The translations under genes and the position numbers were made by a program. Shown piece by piece: positions 40,814 to 56,168 of a stretch of 64,000 bases of DNA (its first letter is position 1; each line of letters starts with the position of its first letter). The DNA is taken from NCBI RefSeq assembly GCF_009914755.1, contig NC_060937.1, one strand, 5' to 3'. The DNA is from the human T2T-CHM13v2.0 reference genome, Homo sapiens. Under the pieces are notes generated by a model that had not been told where the DNA came from, ran no database searches, and was given only the letters and a program-made list of their open reading frames with translations.

Positions 40814-41026
40814 CAGGGGTCAGTCATAGTAGGACCCATGGGCAAATCTGGCTGGAGGCATGCTTTTATATAGCCTCTGAAATACAAATGGTTTTTATAT
40901 TTTTAAAACACTGTAAAACCAAACAAAAAAAAAAAGATGAATAAGTAATGGAGACTGTATGTGGTCCATAAGGCCTAAAATATTTATTATCTGATACTTT
41001 ACTGAAAAGTTTGCAAACCTCTAGTC
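40814..41026. mobile_element. hAT-Charlie DNA transposon (MER33/MER58-like)
   Basis: CAGGGGTCAG...CCCATGGGCAAATCTGGC...GCCTAAAATATTTATTATCTG...AAAAGTTTGCAAACCTCTAGTCTA. Confidence 0.8.
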
Positions 41027-41548
41027 TAGAGGAACACCTTTCCAGTTTCTAAATCTAAGGGTTTTGCACCTTTCATAGTCTTTTGAGCTGCTTAGAAACT
41101 CTGCAAGTTCTTGATAACTGATAACAGTGCAAAAAGTTCCTGCCTATAAGCATGCAAATAATTTCTGTCTGATGGAGAGACATTTTATTTCTTTCCCTTA
41201 TCTCAAGATCCCCGACCCTTGTAGAAAAAGAGTCAGCTTTACTTCAATCTGTAAAATCATTTCCTGACCTATATGTTTCTGCTTTTTGAATTATCGTTTG
41301 AACTAGTTGTATAACATCTAACTGGTTACCTCATTAATTCATGAGTTAGATAAAAGCTTTGACATGTGTTCATTTTATATTTTTTATGAGAGTCAGGATT
41401 TGGCCTTTTTACAAATTTATCTTCTAACGATAGAGGAAAAAAGATGATAAATCAGAGCCAAGCAAAGCCATCTCTGAGACCCACATGTCTTAATGTGGTA
41501 TCATTAAACGCCATTGAGCTCTGGGTACCTCTAGTTGATTAAGTTCAG

Positions 41549-41914
41549 TGCATTAGTTCATTTTCACACTGCTGTAAAGAACTACGTGAGATGGGGTAAT
41601 TTATAAACAAAAGAGGATTAATAAACTCACAGTTCTGCATAGCTGGGGAGGCCTTAGGAAACTTACAATCATGGCAGAAGGCGAAGAGAATGCAAGGCAC
41701 ATCTTACATGGCGGCAGGGGAGACAGAGAGCGAGGGGGAAACTGTCAAACACTCTTAAGCCATCAGATCCCCTGAGAACTCACTCACTATCATGAGAACA
41801 GCATGGGGGAAACCGCCCCATGTTCCAATTACCTCCCACCAGATCCTTCCTTCCACAGGTGGAGATTACAACTTGAGCTGAGATTTGCGTGGCGACACAT
41901 ATCAAACCATATCA
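41549..41914 (-). mobile_element. MSTA-like MaLR solo LTR with 5-bp TSD
   Basis: TGCATTAGTTCATTTTCACACTGCT...GGAAACTTACAATCATGGCAGAAGG...CAAACCATATCA; TSD TTCAG at 41544-41548 and 41915-41919. Confidence 0.93.
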
Positions 41915-42320
41915 TTCAGCAACTCCTCAAATATATATGGAGGGTAGAGGTTAGGCAAGTAACCCAGTGCTCTAATTATTGATCTTGAAGATATTGGTGG
42001 CTGTTATGAGATGAGGACTAAACAAAGTGACGCAACATAGAGTAGCTCACTCCTACTCCTCACCCAGGAGGTAACTAGATAAGAAGGAGGATCCAATCCA
42101 GCAAAATTTCTAACATAGAACCTGGTTGAGGCAAAGAGAGGCAAAGAAGGGGAGGTCAAATCTTCTCCCTGGGCACTTCAGCAAAGCCCCTCATCGGAGT
42201 CCTTTTCCAAGAATAATCATAGCACAAATATAGGGGTTCTCACTTTCTGAAAAGGCCCTGTATTTTCTTTCCTCCTTCATTCTCTAAGCACTTCCTTTTT
42301 TTCATTATTTAGGTAATTTC

Positions 42321-42718
42321 TTTTTTTTAAATTATACTTTAAGTTTTAGGGTACATGTGCACAACGTGCAGGTTAGTTACATATGTATACATGTGCCATG
42401 TTGGTGTGCTGCACCCGTTAACTCATCATTTAACATTAGGTATATCTCCTAATGCTATCCCTCCCCCCTCCCGCCACCCCACAACAGGCCCCAGTGTGTG
42501 TTGTTCCCCTTCCTGTGTCCATGTGTTCTCATTGTGCAATTCCCACCTATGAGTGAGAGCAAGCGGTGTTTGGTTTTTTGTCCTTGCAATAGTTTGCTGA
42601 GAATGATGGTTTCCAGGTTCATCCATGTCCCTACAAAGGACATGAACTCATCATTTTTTATGGCTGCATAGTATTCCATGGTGTATATGTGCCACATTTT
42701 CTTAATCCAGTCTATCAT
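42321..42718 (-). mobile_element. 5'-truncated L1PA 3' end
   Basis: TTATACTTTAAGTTTTAGGGTACATGTGCACAACGTGCAGG...CTTAATCCAGTCTATCAT; the ORF at 42455 contains WIKKMWHIYTMEYYAAIK. Confidence 0.97.
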
Positions 42719-45439
42719 ATGCCTGCCTCCCACTAACGTTCTTCCTTCGTTCTTACCTCTTTTAGCACTCATTCTTCTCCTATGAGAAAACTGCTGTTCA
42801 AAAATCATTTCTACTAGTTCGTTCTCAATTGACTTTGACAGCTCATTAGAATCAATTCAACAAACAACTATCTTTGCTCTACAGCAGGAAGAGTTTAATT
42901 CTTCAATCCTGAGTGAATGATACTTGGGTGTTTGGAGGTGATGGTGGTGGTGAGATATTTAAATTTTCAATGATGGAAGATGTTTATTTTCTCTATTGCA
43001 AAGTCTGAATTAACTTACCCGGTTCCTCGTGGGTAATGGCAATGGGATTAGGGGAAAACAAGGTGGATAAAGAAGGCATTATAAAGGTAGAATATTTGTC
43101 AACTGACATTTCCTAGGATATACAGGATGAAATGTAAAATTTGTTAACATATACTCCAGTGCATCAAGCCTGGGCTGTTGGTAGCCACTTTAACAAACAT
43201 GGGGAATTCCAGTCAGGAAACCAGTTTGAAGGAGAGTGGTTAGAAAGATTATGATGTGACTTTTGTCAATGTAAAGACCAATTATAGTTGTAGTGGTCAT
43301 TATAGAAAAATTTCAAAATAGTGATTGGCCATACATTCATTCTACAATGCACAATCTCTCTGTTGAAATTTCTGTAATTACTTGTAAAAGTAAGTCTCAT
43401 CTATGCCACAGATAAATCATGTGTCTCTGTGTACTGACTTTGCCTTTTTCACTTAATTCTAGAGTGGAAAATTTGGTATACTTTTATCCCTGGATTTGAA
43501 GAACAACAAAGTATATGTTGTTATATTTATGGCATTTAGAATAAAATTATGAAATATTTCCCATTTTTAAGAAAACTACTTCATTTAACAAAATGTGATC
43601 TTCTATTAATCTCTGGGGGTTGTAATAGCATCATTGGTAGTTATTAAGTGGACCCGTGGATAATTCATCTCCAAAAGAGCAGCCTGTAACTTAAGGAGAT
43701 TTTTTTTTGTTGGAAACTAACATCTGTGGGTAGACAGAAAAAGTCATACTTCATTGACTTCATCAGACTAAACGTATATTGCTTTGTTGCAATCCAGATG
43801 TTGAAGAAAGAGAAGATCTCATGATTTCTAACTTATTTTTCCAATATTGGTTATTTTGCTTTTCATCTGTGGCCAGAAAGGAGGGTCAGAATCCTAAATT
43901 TTTAAATACCTCTAAAAATAAATGAGTTAGTTAACATTTTTTAAACCTATTTAAAAGCCTGCTTTTATCTAGGTTAATGAACCAAAAAAAATAAAAAAAT
44001 AAAAATCTGTTTCAGAGTTAAGCATCCCCTCTTCCCTGCTTTCCTTCACTATTTTGTACAAAATACAACTTGATTTGTAAAAATGGTATTAAGTTTTTTG
44101 AGAAAATATACTGTATTCTGCCTCTTGGCAAAACTATGGAAATCAGCACTCAGTCAAATGAAGAATATAAATTCCAGTTTCAGGACTTGCTTTAGGCAAA
44201 ATGTGTCAAGCAGGCTATCTCTCCTTGCTTTTATGGAGACCAGGGTGAGAATCTGACAGGGTAGAAACCAGAAAACACATTACCCTCAAACTGAAATATT
44301 GTTTAGGCCCCAGCCACGTCCTATTTCCTCTAAGAAAACTAAGACCCACACACTGTGTGACAGTTAATTCCTTTCAAATAAATTTGTTTTTGTGCAGATC
44401 CAGTGGTGAACAAAAGATTAATCTTCAAGCAAAGTACCAAGAAAAAGCATAAACATACCGATTTTCTACCTGTTCTAATGAATTAAACATTCCTTTTTGG
44501 AGTAGAACAAAGCCGTCACTGCTTTTGAATGGCCTGGAGCTAATATAGTGATGTACACTTGATTTTTTTTTGCTAAGTTGATTTATTACAGTTCTTCATC
44601 ATGACTGAGAACCCACTTCAAATTAAATTATTTCACTACTGTCAAAACTAGAATGTACCAAACAATATTTAAAATGCAAAAAATTTTCAGATGAATCCTT
44701 AATGAGTCATTATACTTTTTTTTAATAAAAACTTTGTATGCTGAAGCAAAGTACTAAGGATCTCCTTGGAGTTTTGCATGCAATTAATCACGCATGTATA
44801 TTCTGAGAAAATAAATCTATGCAGTTTTTAAAATTATAGTATTGAAGAGTCTTTTTTTTAATTGTGTGCCATGGTAATTAAAATGTAAATTGTCAGTAGA
44901 ACACACAAATCTTTTGAGTACTAAATCTAACTATTTCACATGTAGATACACAGGTCAAAGCCTTTTAAATTTCTAAGCTGGCTAATCTTCATTAACCATG
45001 CTGAGATTTCTGTCCTATGCAAAAGAATGTTTTATGCTACAGAAACAAATATATAGTGCAGCAGAGGCACGTCTTACATTCAAAATCAAACATATTAAAC
45101 ATGAGGTTTTAATTATCTGGCTTATATGATCAAAATCAATTAATGAACACATTTTAATATTATCAAAAATCAATAAATGAACACATCTGAATGAACATAT
45201 TTTGATTTGTCTGCTTTTTTTAATTTGAAGTGTTCTGGTTGCTCAGGCAAATAAAAATGTTGACTAATTTACTTATGAATTAATTATCTGTTTAGAATAA
45301 CAGTTGAACAAATACAAATATTTCGAGATTACAGAAAATGTAGACATTTGGTTTTTGATAAGTTTGGGAGAGTAGAAAAACATGAAATTTTGTTTGACAA
45401 CACTTCCTTCAAATTTGAGCTTTGTCATTATTGGTAACT

Positions 45440-47420
45440 GGTCTCTCTGAGCCTCAATTTTCTCACCTCTAAAATGGGGCAATAATATAGACACTGCAGA
45501 CTTGACAGGATTGAAAGAGCTGGTCAAATAAAGGAATAATCATATGTAGTAAATTGTTCAATGGACAGCAATTTCTTCTTTGCTGATTACTACCATGTGG
45601 AAGTTTGACATGAAATGACCTAGATCTACATACTTACATTTGAGAGAAATATTTCTTTTGGCTGCTGGCTTACATTCTTGGAAATAAAATAGTTTTCAGC
45701 AGGTCAGGGAACATTTCAACTTCATTTACTTCCTTATTTTTTCTAGAGCTGACTATGTAATTACAAAATGCTGGTGCATTCATGTTGTCACCTTGCATTT
45801 CCTGACACTGACCAGCATGGCCCACGACATGTCCACTCACCAGACAAATAATTTTAAGCAAATTTATTTGGCTGTGAATTAACATTTATCAATTACTATG
45901 TGATGGCTAAAGCTAGAATTATAAGATCACCTCTCTCACAATTCGCTATAATTACTGGAACAAAAAAATTAAACATCTCTATAATTTGGTATGTCAGAAT
46001 TAAAATAAGTAATCACATATCCCCAAATTCTTTAGTACAAACAGTTTATGCTTAGTTGAGCTAAAAATAGAGAAGCCTGGTGCCTTAGCAGGAAGGTCAT
46101 GGAGCCAACAGGCAAAAGATGAGTTTCCAGCCCATCCTCTCAAGCTGCTAGATTCTGTGTATGTCATTTAGAACCTCTGATTTGCAGTTTCTTCATCTAC
46201 ACAACAAACAACAAAGCTACCTATCCTGTCTACCTCACATGGTTATTAAGAAGATAAAATATGAAAGCAATTTTAGATTTCCAAACTGCTATACAGAAGT
46301 GTAAAGCAATACTTGATTTCAGTTAACTCAGCATGAAACTTTACTGTAGAGAATATATACATCTGTTCCCATTCCAGAAAAAAAAGAACAACACAATATT
46401 TGGCCTACATGGCCAAAATATCAGCAAGAACTACATTTTGCCAAAAAACAAATTTGCACTGGGAGGAAATGAATATCTCCTTCTGTCCATTGCCTAGCAT
46501 ACTTATATGCTTTAAACATGTTTACCTCACGATGAAAGAGAGTAAAGCAAAATGCTAGAAAAAGAAGGAAAGATTTTTCTGCAAAAGAAAAGTAAAATGC
46601 AAAGTGAATCATGAAGGAGCAAATTGAGACCAATTTTTCCACTTTGATGAGAACCGACCTTGGTCATTAGCACATCAGATTAGGAAGATTTGATTCTTGA
46701 AAAATGCTCACCACTGTTTTCCAGGCCAGCAATATCTAAGATTTAGCCACAAGGCTTTAAGTAGGATAATCCAGACTACCTTGCTAGTAGCAAAAATAAA
46801 GACTTGATCCTAACAACAACAACAACAAAAAAACATCTAATTTCACAATTTGAGGAGTGTTATATTTAGGAGTAAATCCATACAATTTGTTCATCCCATA
46901 AATGTAAAAATCCTAAATATTACTCAAATTGAAAGATAACACTAATAGTTGTTTGGAAATAAATTGTACATATGGTAATAGAATTTTGAAAAGACATTCA
47001 TTTCTAGCCAAATTTACATCCAGAAAGTTATGTTCTAGTTTCTCATATAGGATAAGTGTAATAAAAATATTATTTCATAATTAAGATCATATGTTCAAAA
47101 GAATCTAATAAAATATAAACCAAATCAGATTAGAGACTAGTCTTTAAATGCCTAAAATAAATCGCAGATCTCCGAATAGATGTAGGAAATTAAAGAATGG
47201 AAGAGGCTAACATCTCTTGTCCACTTACTATCTATGTACCTGGCTCAGTGCTTTGGATTTTGTAGACATTTCACCTCACTCACACACTCACACACTTACA
47301 AATCTATACAGTATTTGTAATTATTCCCTATTAAAGATGAAGAAACTGAGGTTTCAGAAGTTTGCCAAATGTTATATAGATGGTAACTTATGGTGTCAGA
47401 ATTTACATATCAAAAAGCCC
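45440..47420. mobile_element. Three separate MIR fragments (~45440-45560 +, ~46100-46280 +, ~47200-47420 -)
   Basis: TCTCTGAGCCTCAATTTTCTCACCTCTAAAATGGG; CAGTTTCTTCATCTAC; AGATGAAGAAACTGAGGTTTCAGA. Confidence 0.7.
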
Positions 47421-49035
47421 ATCTGTGGTCTTTAATTTACTGCTTTTTCATGACTAGGTTTTCATTTCAACCTTTCATTGCTAAATAGGTTTAACTCTAT
47501 GACATACTCTACTACAAATGCAAAGCTTTTTTTTCAAGGTTTATCAGAGGCCAATTAGACTATTAAAAAATAAGATGACCCAGAATGCAAAATATTTCTA
47601 CAAATATACAATAAATAAAAATTAAATTAGCAAAGTAACAATTATTCTAGCAATTGTTAAAGTCACATGACTTAAAAGGTTTGACATATCCAACAAAATT
47701 ACATAACCACTCTGTTATTTTCAATTCTGTTGATCCCTTTGATTTTACAATACTCTGCTGTCGTTTTCTGAAGGTCAAATAATTTATACCTCCAACTGCC
47801 ATAATTGCATAGGAGTCCCTCCAAGTAAGGCCAAGCTAGTTAACCAGGAATCTTCACTCTGGGACAGTAGCTAGAAAAGATCTTCTAACATCTCTTTAAC
47901 TAAAATGCTTATTTCAGTTAAGGAAGAAAAGAAAGTGCCTACTTCCTAAGACCCAAGGATTAAACAATCTCATCCTTTCATTCATCATTACTGACCCAGT
48001 TTTAGGACTTCATGTACTTAGAATATGGACTTCTGTTCATCTCTATCTAAGAGGCTTAGATGACTTGAAACCAATGTTGACTGTTTTAATTGAATTAATG
48101 GTATCAAATCAAACACTTAGGTTTGGGCACTGATTCCTGACTATTTTCAGAGACTCTTATTTATTGGAAATTGACAGACCCCAGGCAGGATTCAAGCTAA
48201 CCAGTGGTCCCAGACCTTATACTTCTAAGTGGGAACTGCATAATAACAATCTAAAATATATAACATATAGAAACAAATCTGGGACAAAGTCTAAGGAAAC
48301 TGTTAGAGGAAGCTGAAAAAATGGTAAAGAAACTGTTCCAGAAAGCTGAAAAAATGAACACTTATATTATCTACTGGTAAAACAATTAGTAAAACTGCCT
48401 TATGTGATAACATAGAAGACAGACGCACTAATGAGCTATTGGACTTGGCAAATAAATCACCAGGCAAGATATTAAAAATACGGTTGTATTTATCTGTGTA
48501 TTATAAAGTAATACAAGAAAGAGATAAGTTCAAGGATCAGGGTGTGAGGAGTGGGAATGCCCAATTTGAAACTAGAATTTCGAGTAAATAGAGGGGCAAA
48601 ATTGGCACTACAAAATAGAACTGTCTTTTATTTCCAATCCTAAGCCAAGAAAAAAATTCTCAAAGAACTGAACTCAGGAAATAGACCAAAGCAAGGGTGT
48701 AGCTGTAGGTCCTCCATCAAGATTAAGGCAGCAACTAGAGAAAAAGAAAAAAAAAAAGATTTCTAAGAATCTTGAGAGTATTGTTCCATAGCAGCCTGTT
48801 CCTCCCAAAGTAGTGTGATTAAGTATAGAAAAATACAAACACCTACAAGAGAACTATGCATTTTAGCAAAACACATGAAATAAATTCAAATGCAAAAACT
48901 ACCCACAGAGGTTTTAGTTGTATTGCAAAAAGCACTGCCAAACTGATTAAATGAGAGCAGTGATATGAAATGCAAAACAACTCAGGGTGCCAACTTTGTA
49001 AAAAGAGGAACCAGGCTAAAAAAGCTACTTCCCAC

Positions 49036-49036
<1 letters not shown>

Positions 49037-49082
<46 letters not shown>
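49037..49082 (+). repeat. Pure poly(A)46 tract
   Basis: 46 consecutive A, flanked by CACC(A) and CACCA. Confidence 0.95.
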
Positions 49083-49083
<1 letters not shown>

Positions 49084-49942
49084 ACCATGGTTTTTCAAAG
49101 AGTAGAAAGAAGAGAATAGAAGAGACAAGACACCTCAGAGGGCAGAGCCAAAGTCATAAGGAAAAACAGACTGGAAATCCACTCTCAAGGAGCAGAACTG
49201 AGTCCTCATCAAGGAACATTTTCTGACTCCAGAGGGATTTTGGAATACCATTGTTTACAAAGGACTATGAGATCCTCCGAGGAAAAAGGGACGGGTTTTT
49301 TTTTTTATTTTATTAAAAAGTAATATGTAGATTGGGGAGATACAGCCTCTGATGTAAAACAAAAGCAAACCCTGAGGAGGAGACAGGGAGTAGGAGATAC
49401 TAAAGGCAAACACCTCAGGCAGGGGAGGGCAATAGAAGAACGAGAGTCTTGATTGGATGACCTTTAAGCCCAAAGTCACCAGTCTCTCTTAGTTGTCTGG
49501 TTCTAGATGTTCTGTTGGTGGTCAGCTGGGGAATTTTCAGCTGTGGTCTATCTTAGCACTGACAGGAACTAGTAACTACTTTGGCTTGACTGTAGGAAAT
49601 GAGGTTCTGAGACACTTTTACAGTAACTTTCTGAGAACAAAGGACACGACTGCTCTCTCACTCTGTCATGGCTGCCTCTTTCTGTTTTAACTTTGAGACC
49701 CTGATTAGCCACAGGAGTTCATTTTGTCTGTCCAGAGGCATATGTGGACATCTCCCCAGCTTTTGGTCAAAACCTGCTCTAGGCAGTGTTCATAACCAGC
49801 TTAAACTTTTGTCTCATATCATCAGAGTGGTGTGGCTGTCTCTTCTGGATCTATCTGTTTTCTTAGTGGGACTCATGTAGCTGAGCGACTCATGGCCAAT
49901 TTGAACAACTTGGGCCAAGCAGGGTGAAATAGTAGGCAGGCT

Positions 49943-50227
49943 GGCCAGGTGCAGTGGCTCACGCCTGTAATCCCAGCACTTTAGGAGGCCGATCATTTGA
50001 GGTCAGGAGTTTGAGACCAGCCTGGCCAAAATGGCTAAACCTCATCTCTACTAAAAATACAAAAAAAAAAAAAAAAAATTAGCCAGGTGTGGTGGCACAG
50101 GCCTGTAATCCCAGCTACTCAGGAGGCTGAGGCATGATAATCGCTTGAACCCAGGGTGCAGAGGTTGCAGTGAGCTGAGATTGCACCACTGCACTGCAGC
50201 CTGGGACTCTGTCAAAAAAAAAAAAAG
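49943..50227 (+). mobile_element. Alu (AluS-like) inserted in the ERV internal region
   Basis: GGCCAGGTGCAGTGGCTCACGCC..., expanded middle A-tract. Confidence 0.96.
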
Positions 50228-50392
50228 GAAGAAAGAAGGGAAGGGAAAGGGAAAGGAAAAGGAAAAGGGAAAGGAAAGGAAAGGAAAGGAAAGGAAAGGA
50301 AAGGAAAGGAAAGGAAAGGAAAGAAAGGGAAGGAAAGGAAAGGAAAGGAAAGGGAAGGAAAGGAAAGGAAAGGGAAGGGAAGGGAAGGGAAG
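50228..50392. repeat. (GGAAA)n/(GGGAA)n purine pentanucleotide repeat grown from the Alu tail
   Basis: AAGGAAAGGAAAGGAAAGG... over about 165 bp. Confidence 0.95.
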
Positions 50393-51570
50393 TAAATAGG
50401 CAGGCATTTTTTATCTTCGTCAGATCTTTAGAGATATTTATCAGTGTCTCTTATTGATGTTTGATGGTACCAGTTAAGTCTCTGGACAAGACCTGGAAGT
50501 GTCTTGTAATTAAAATCTGGGTTGGAGAACTGATAACATATTTGTTACAGCAGGTAAGAACAATTTTAAAGAGGAGCTAGGCATCTAGAAATGACACAGA
50601 TATTCTATGATTAACTATTACTTAATTTAATATAGCATCACTTTAAGAGTTTAAATAACTGACAAGAATTTCAAAACTGTGACGCAGATATTCTTTTTCG
50701 TGTTTTTTTTTCTATTTTCCTGGGTTTTAAGTTCCCATGGGGCATCCAAGGGTGGCTATGAAGGACAGGGCCTAAGTCCTGAATTTGCATACCAGACATA
50801 GAGCTCAGGACCAAGGACAGAGCTGTGAAAGCAATGTCAGGAGGATCTAACCTGTCCACAAGTGGCCAGGAGTGAAAGCTGTGCCAGGAAGGATGGGGCC
50901 ATATTAGACTTGGCTTTGTCTTGTAGCTTGTGTTTCAGGCACTAGGAACATGTCCCTAGGCCTCACCATGGCACCTTACCCAGACCCCAGATTCTAGAGG
51001 CTCAAAGTCAAACACAAGCTCATAGCAACATATGTGTAAGGCTTTGAGGAAGCCCAGTAGCCAGTCCTTACAGCTTTAACTCACAGACAAATAAAGCAAT
51101 TATCAAAAATACTACAGAAGTGACAGTTATGATTCTAAGACATCTAGGAGAAACAGCCTAAACCTTTCTGAAAAGTAGGCCCAGGCAAAAATGTCTGAAT
51201 TCTATTCAATATGACAATTCTGAAGACATTATAATTTTATTTTGGCAACAACTTTAAACTAGTTTTATTTACCAAAGATTACTAAAGTCACATGAGCTAA
51301 AACGCATTGAGTTAGTTTTTAAATTTTTTGGTAAAATATTTTATTTATGTGCTTATTTTAAGCCAATTAATTAGAGGTTTTAAAATGTATTTTGGTATGG
51401 AAATACTACATATACATAACACATAGAAACATATAGAGATAGAGAAATGAACATAGAAATAGATGTTATAGCTTTATAAGATTTTCTTATCATGTCTCAA
51501 TATTTTTGTCTACCAGACTATCAAGCCCTAGACAATTGTTAGCTAGGCAATCTGAAATTTTTACTTAAAC

Positions 51571-52012
51571 ACATACACAAATATTCATTGTGGCACTATT
51601 CACAATAGCAAAGACATGGAATGCTCATCAATGACAGATTGGATAAAGAAAATGTGGTACATATACACTATGGAATACTATGCAGCCATAAAAAATAAGA
51701 TCATATCTTTTGTGGGAATATGGATGGAGCTGGAGGCTATTAACTTTAACAAACTAATGCAGGAACAGAAAACCAAATACTGCATGTCCTCACTTAAAAG
51801 TGGGAGCTAAATTATAAGAAATTTAGAACACAAGGAAGGAAACAACAGACACTGGAGCCTACTTAAGTTTGAAGGGTGAGAGGAGAGAGAAGCAGAAAAG
51901 ATAAGGTACTTGCCTTAATACCTGGGTGATGAAATAATCTGTACGACAAACCCCATGACACAAGTTAACCTATGTAACAAACCTTCACATGTACCCCCAA
52001 ACCTAAAATAAA
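51571..52012 (+). mobile_element. 5'-truncated older L1PA 3' end inside the ERV
   Basis: CACAATAGCAAAGACATGGAAT...GGATAAAGAAAATGTGGTACATATACAC...AATACCTGGGTGATGAAATAATCTGTAC. Confidence 0.93.
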
Positions 52013-54014
52013 AGGGTATTTTTTTGTTTTTAAATGAGATCAATTTAAAAATCTAAAAAAAAAATCCCAGCATTCCACTCAGTTCTAATTTAAATTTTCT
52101 ATAAGTCATTACGAGGTTATGAAGATTAAATAATATCAAATGCTTATGTGATACTGACTAGTGTGCACCCATTGCTCTAACTGCCTTACATATTTATATT
52201 TGTTTCATCTTCACTGCAACTCTGTGGGGCAGTTTCTCCTACTGCTTTCATTTATTTGATTGTTGAGCAACTGTATACAACACAGGGCTAGTATCTTGTC
52301 TCAGAAAAAAAATGAGATTGCATTCTAGTCAGTCTGCCTCTCATTGAATAAAATAATAGCTTGAAAATTAAACTTGCACCACTGACACACACAAAAAAAA
52401 CAAGACATGACTTTTAGGTTAAAATTTACATTTCAGAGACAGAACTTAGATATAAACACCATTATTTGCTGAGACAAGAGAAAGGCTTAACCATAATGCC
52501 CAGTCAAAATAAGATTGTCAGGAAAAGTATCTCAGACTAAGGTAAGGTTTTTATGTAGATTTTAAGCCAATGTCTTTTTTATCATAAAAGTCTGTAGAGG
52601 CTTATGTGTATAAATGGAGCTTTTTAATAGATGTAATTTTTTTTTACAACAAGTTTTAAAATTGTCAGCTAAATTTTAAAGTACCTTTGAGAGTAATCTA
52701 ATTAGATAGGTAGTCTTTTTAACTTAGCTTTGTTTTTTTTTTTAATTAGATTACTGGCTTCAGGGTAGAGTTCTTTAATAGGGCAAAGAAAGTATTTTCA
52801 GTTTTCAGGTCCTAATATTTAAGGAAGGCAGTGTATCTAGATCTTTAAAAACCAAGGATCTCATTTTTAGACTGAATTCCAGTCCCTGAGAAGAGAAAAA
52901 TGCCATGAGAATGGATCGTACCCAGTTTTACAGTGTACCTCACTGTAAAGACATTCCCCGAGGCCGCTGGTGACCCAACAACAGTCAGCCCACTCTATGA
53001 TCAGCCCACCCCCCATGGGATTCTTATTTCTCGGTGGTGACCACCCTCATAGCCTCTAAGTGTTCAAACCTGTCTTTTTATCTAAACATGCAAAGAAATT
53101 GTATTAACAACCATATATTGTAACCACTGTCAACTACCTCTAAATCTGTAGCCCTTGCCAATGACCCATTAGTGGTTGTTTTCATAGTAGAAAGTAATCT
53201 CTAGTACCCCTAAAAGCTAAAGAGATGAGGCAACATAATGTAAAAGAAAGCAGATCTTTAGACTTGTAAATCACCTCTCCGCTACTCCTTAGGCTCCACA
53301 AGAAGACAGAAGGCCCCAAAAAGGGGATGAGTGGTGCCTTTTTTATGTTTCTTAAATAGTCTGAGCTACTAGAAGTCTCCTCTAGATGTCTTTATGTGGT
53401 GCCAAAGACAGTAAATAGGAAAGAGGATCTTGATTATCAGCTTCTAGTTAAGCTGACCTCTAACCATAAGGTTGTTTTAAAAAAAACTTTTTAAATTTTT
53501 TATTATTGGATTTTAGCTGGAACAAACAGCTGATATTCCTGACTTGCGGATTTTTTTTAACCAGAGTTACCTTTCCAAGTGACTTCTAAAAACAATAAGG
53601 CTTAACCAGGGTTATGACTTAATCAAGGACACATAAAGTATCTCTAAAGAGGTGGAAATAAGTCCTCACAAGATTCAGAACCACCTCAAAGATAACTCAA
53701 AGAAAGTAAAGATTCCTTAAATGGACTACAACTCACATTTCTGTCTGGCCTTATATTTTAGGATCTCAGTTCTTCAGCTGAGCCCCTATGCATGAAGGCC
53801 CAAAAGCTCTGTAAACCCTGCAGAGAAAAAAAAAAAAAAAAGACAAGAAACTAAAAGCTGTCTATAAAGGGAAAAGGGTAAATAACAAAAAGGTACCCCA
53901 GAAGGTTAACAGTCTTATAAATAATTTAAAACAAATGGGATCAATTCCCTGACCTAGAATCAAACCTGTACCACAGTCATGTAAGCACAGAATCTTAGTC
54001 ACTAGAAAACAGGA

Positions 54015-54306
<292 letters not shown>

Positions 54307-54401
54307 AGGGTGTTTTTTAAGAAATCTTGTAGGGGATCCAAAGCAGGCAATTTGAGAAAGAGATGTTTCCTTGAGAGGTCATAAAAGAGGCAATTCCAAG
54401 G

Positions 54402-54403
<2 letters not shown>

Positions 54404-54443
<40 letters not shown>
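54404..54443. repeat. (CA)n microsatellite, about 20 units
   Basis: Pure AC run. Confidence 0.97.
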
Positions 54444-54448
<5 letters not shown>

Positions 54449-54980
54449 ATACTCTCAGAAATAGGTCGAGATAGCTAAAGACTCTTGTCACCACGGACAA
54501 CAGTTAAGGATCATGTCTGTGAATATGCTGTCTCTGGTGACCCAAACATTTGTAGGAGGCCACCAGTTAAAGACCTGTTCATCTGTGATGCCAAGAAGGC
54601 CCTCCTGAGATTGGACTTTCCCATGACTTACCAGGTAGCAAGAGTTGAGATGACAAAAATTCCCTGAGAATGGGATATCTTTAGACAAACTCCCTTGAGA
54701 GCAAAAAAATGTAGATTAGAACTGTAAAACTGACCAGGCTGCAGAGCCAGCTAGAGCAATGAACTTACAGGGGTTTTAGGTCCATGTTCTACCCTCTGGT
54801 ACCCTTCTTTAGGACAGAACAACACCGAAAGACAAAAATAAAGGAAAAGACAATTTTGGGAAGGAAAAGGAATCAAGTAATATGAATATTTATAAGAAAA
54901 AATACTAAAAGCACACCAGAGTTGCTACACCCAAGACCAGTCACAATAATCCTTTCTTTCTCATGAATCAAGATTTTGCA

Positions 54981-55275
<295 letters not shown>

Positions 55276-55841
55276 CAGTTTTGCAGAGGAGACAGTGATT
55301 TTTTTTTAATCATAAATAATCTTTACCTTTCTGTTGGCTTCTCAAGTCCTGGCTTCTAGAAAAGCAGAGTGTCTTTGGTGTCTTGCTTACTGTGTCAAAG
55401 CTGCAGGGCCCAAAGGAAGGCTTTCCTTTTGCCCTCTGAAGTTTTGTTGATAAATTAAGTCACAAAGGAGGTGAATAGAAGAAATGGTATAGGAATGTAT
55501 TAATGTGCTCTTGAGAGAGAACCACAGAGTAATTACCTGCTTCTTGAAAAATGAAAAGTCTCGTGGAAAATATCTTACCCCTTCATCAAGGAGTGAGAAC
55601 AACTAGCTGAATGAAACAGGACTGTCAACCACGTGGAAGGCTCAAGACTCCAGAGAGACTCACCCAGGCGTAACTGTGGAGGAGCCGGAAGGCCTCAAGG
55701 GCTGGTGTTGGTACCAAGGGGCCAGGTCCCTGCAATGTTCCAGACAGAGAAGGTTATGGTGAGAAGGGAAAAGTGGAGGCAGAATATGAGTAGGGGGCGG
55801 GGAAATACAGGGATTACAGGGATTCCTGTTTTAGGATCTAA

Positions 55842-56168
<327 letters not shown>

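Noticed and set aside
45129-45200. Short imperfect tandem repeat ATCAAAATCAA(T/A)AATGAACACAT
   Set aside because: Two diverged copies in AT-rich DNA; ordinary slippage.
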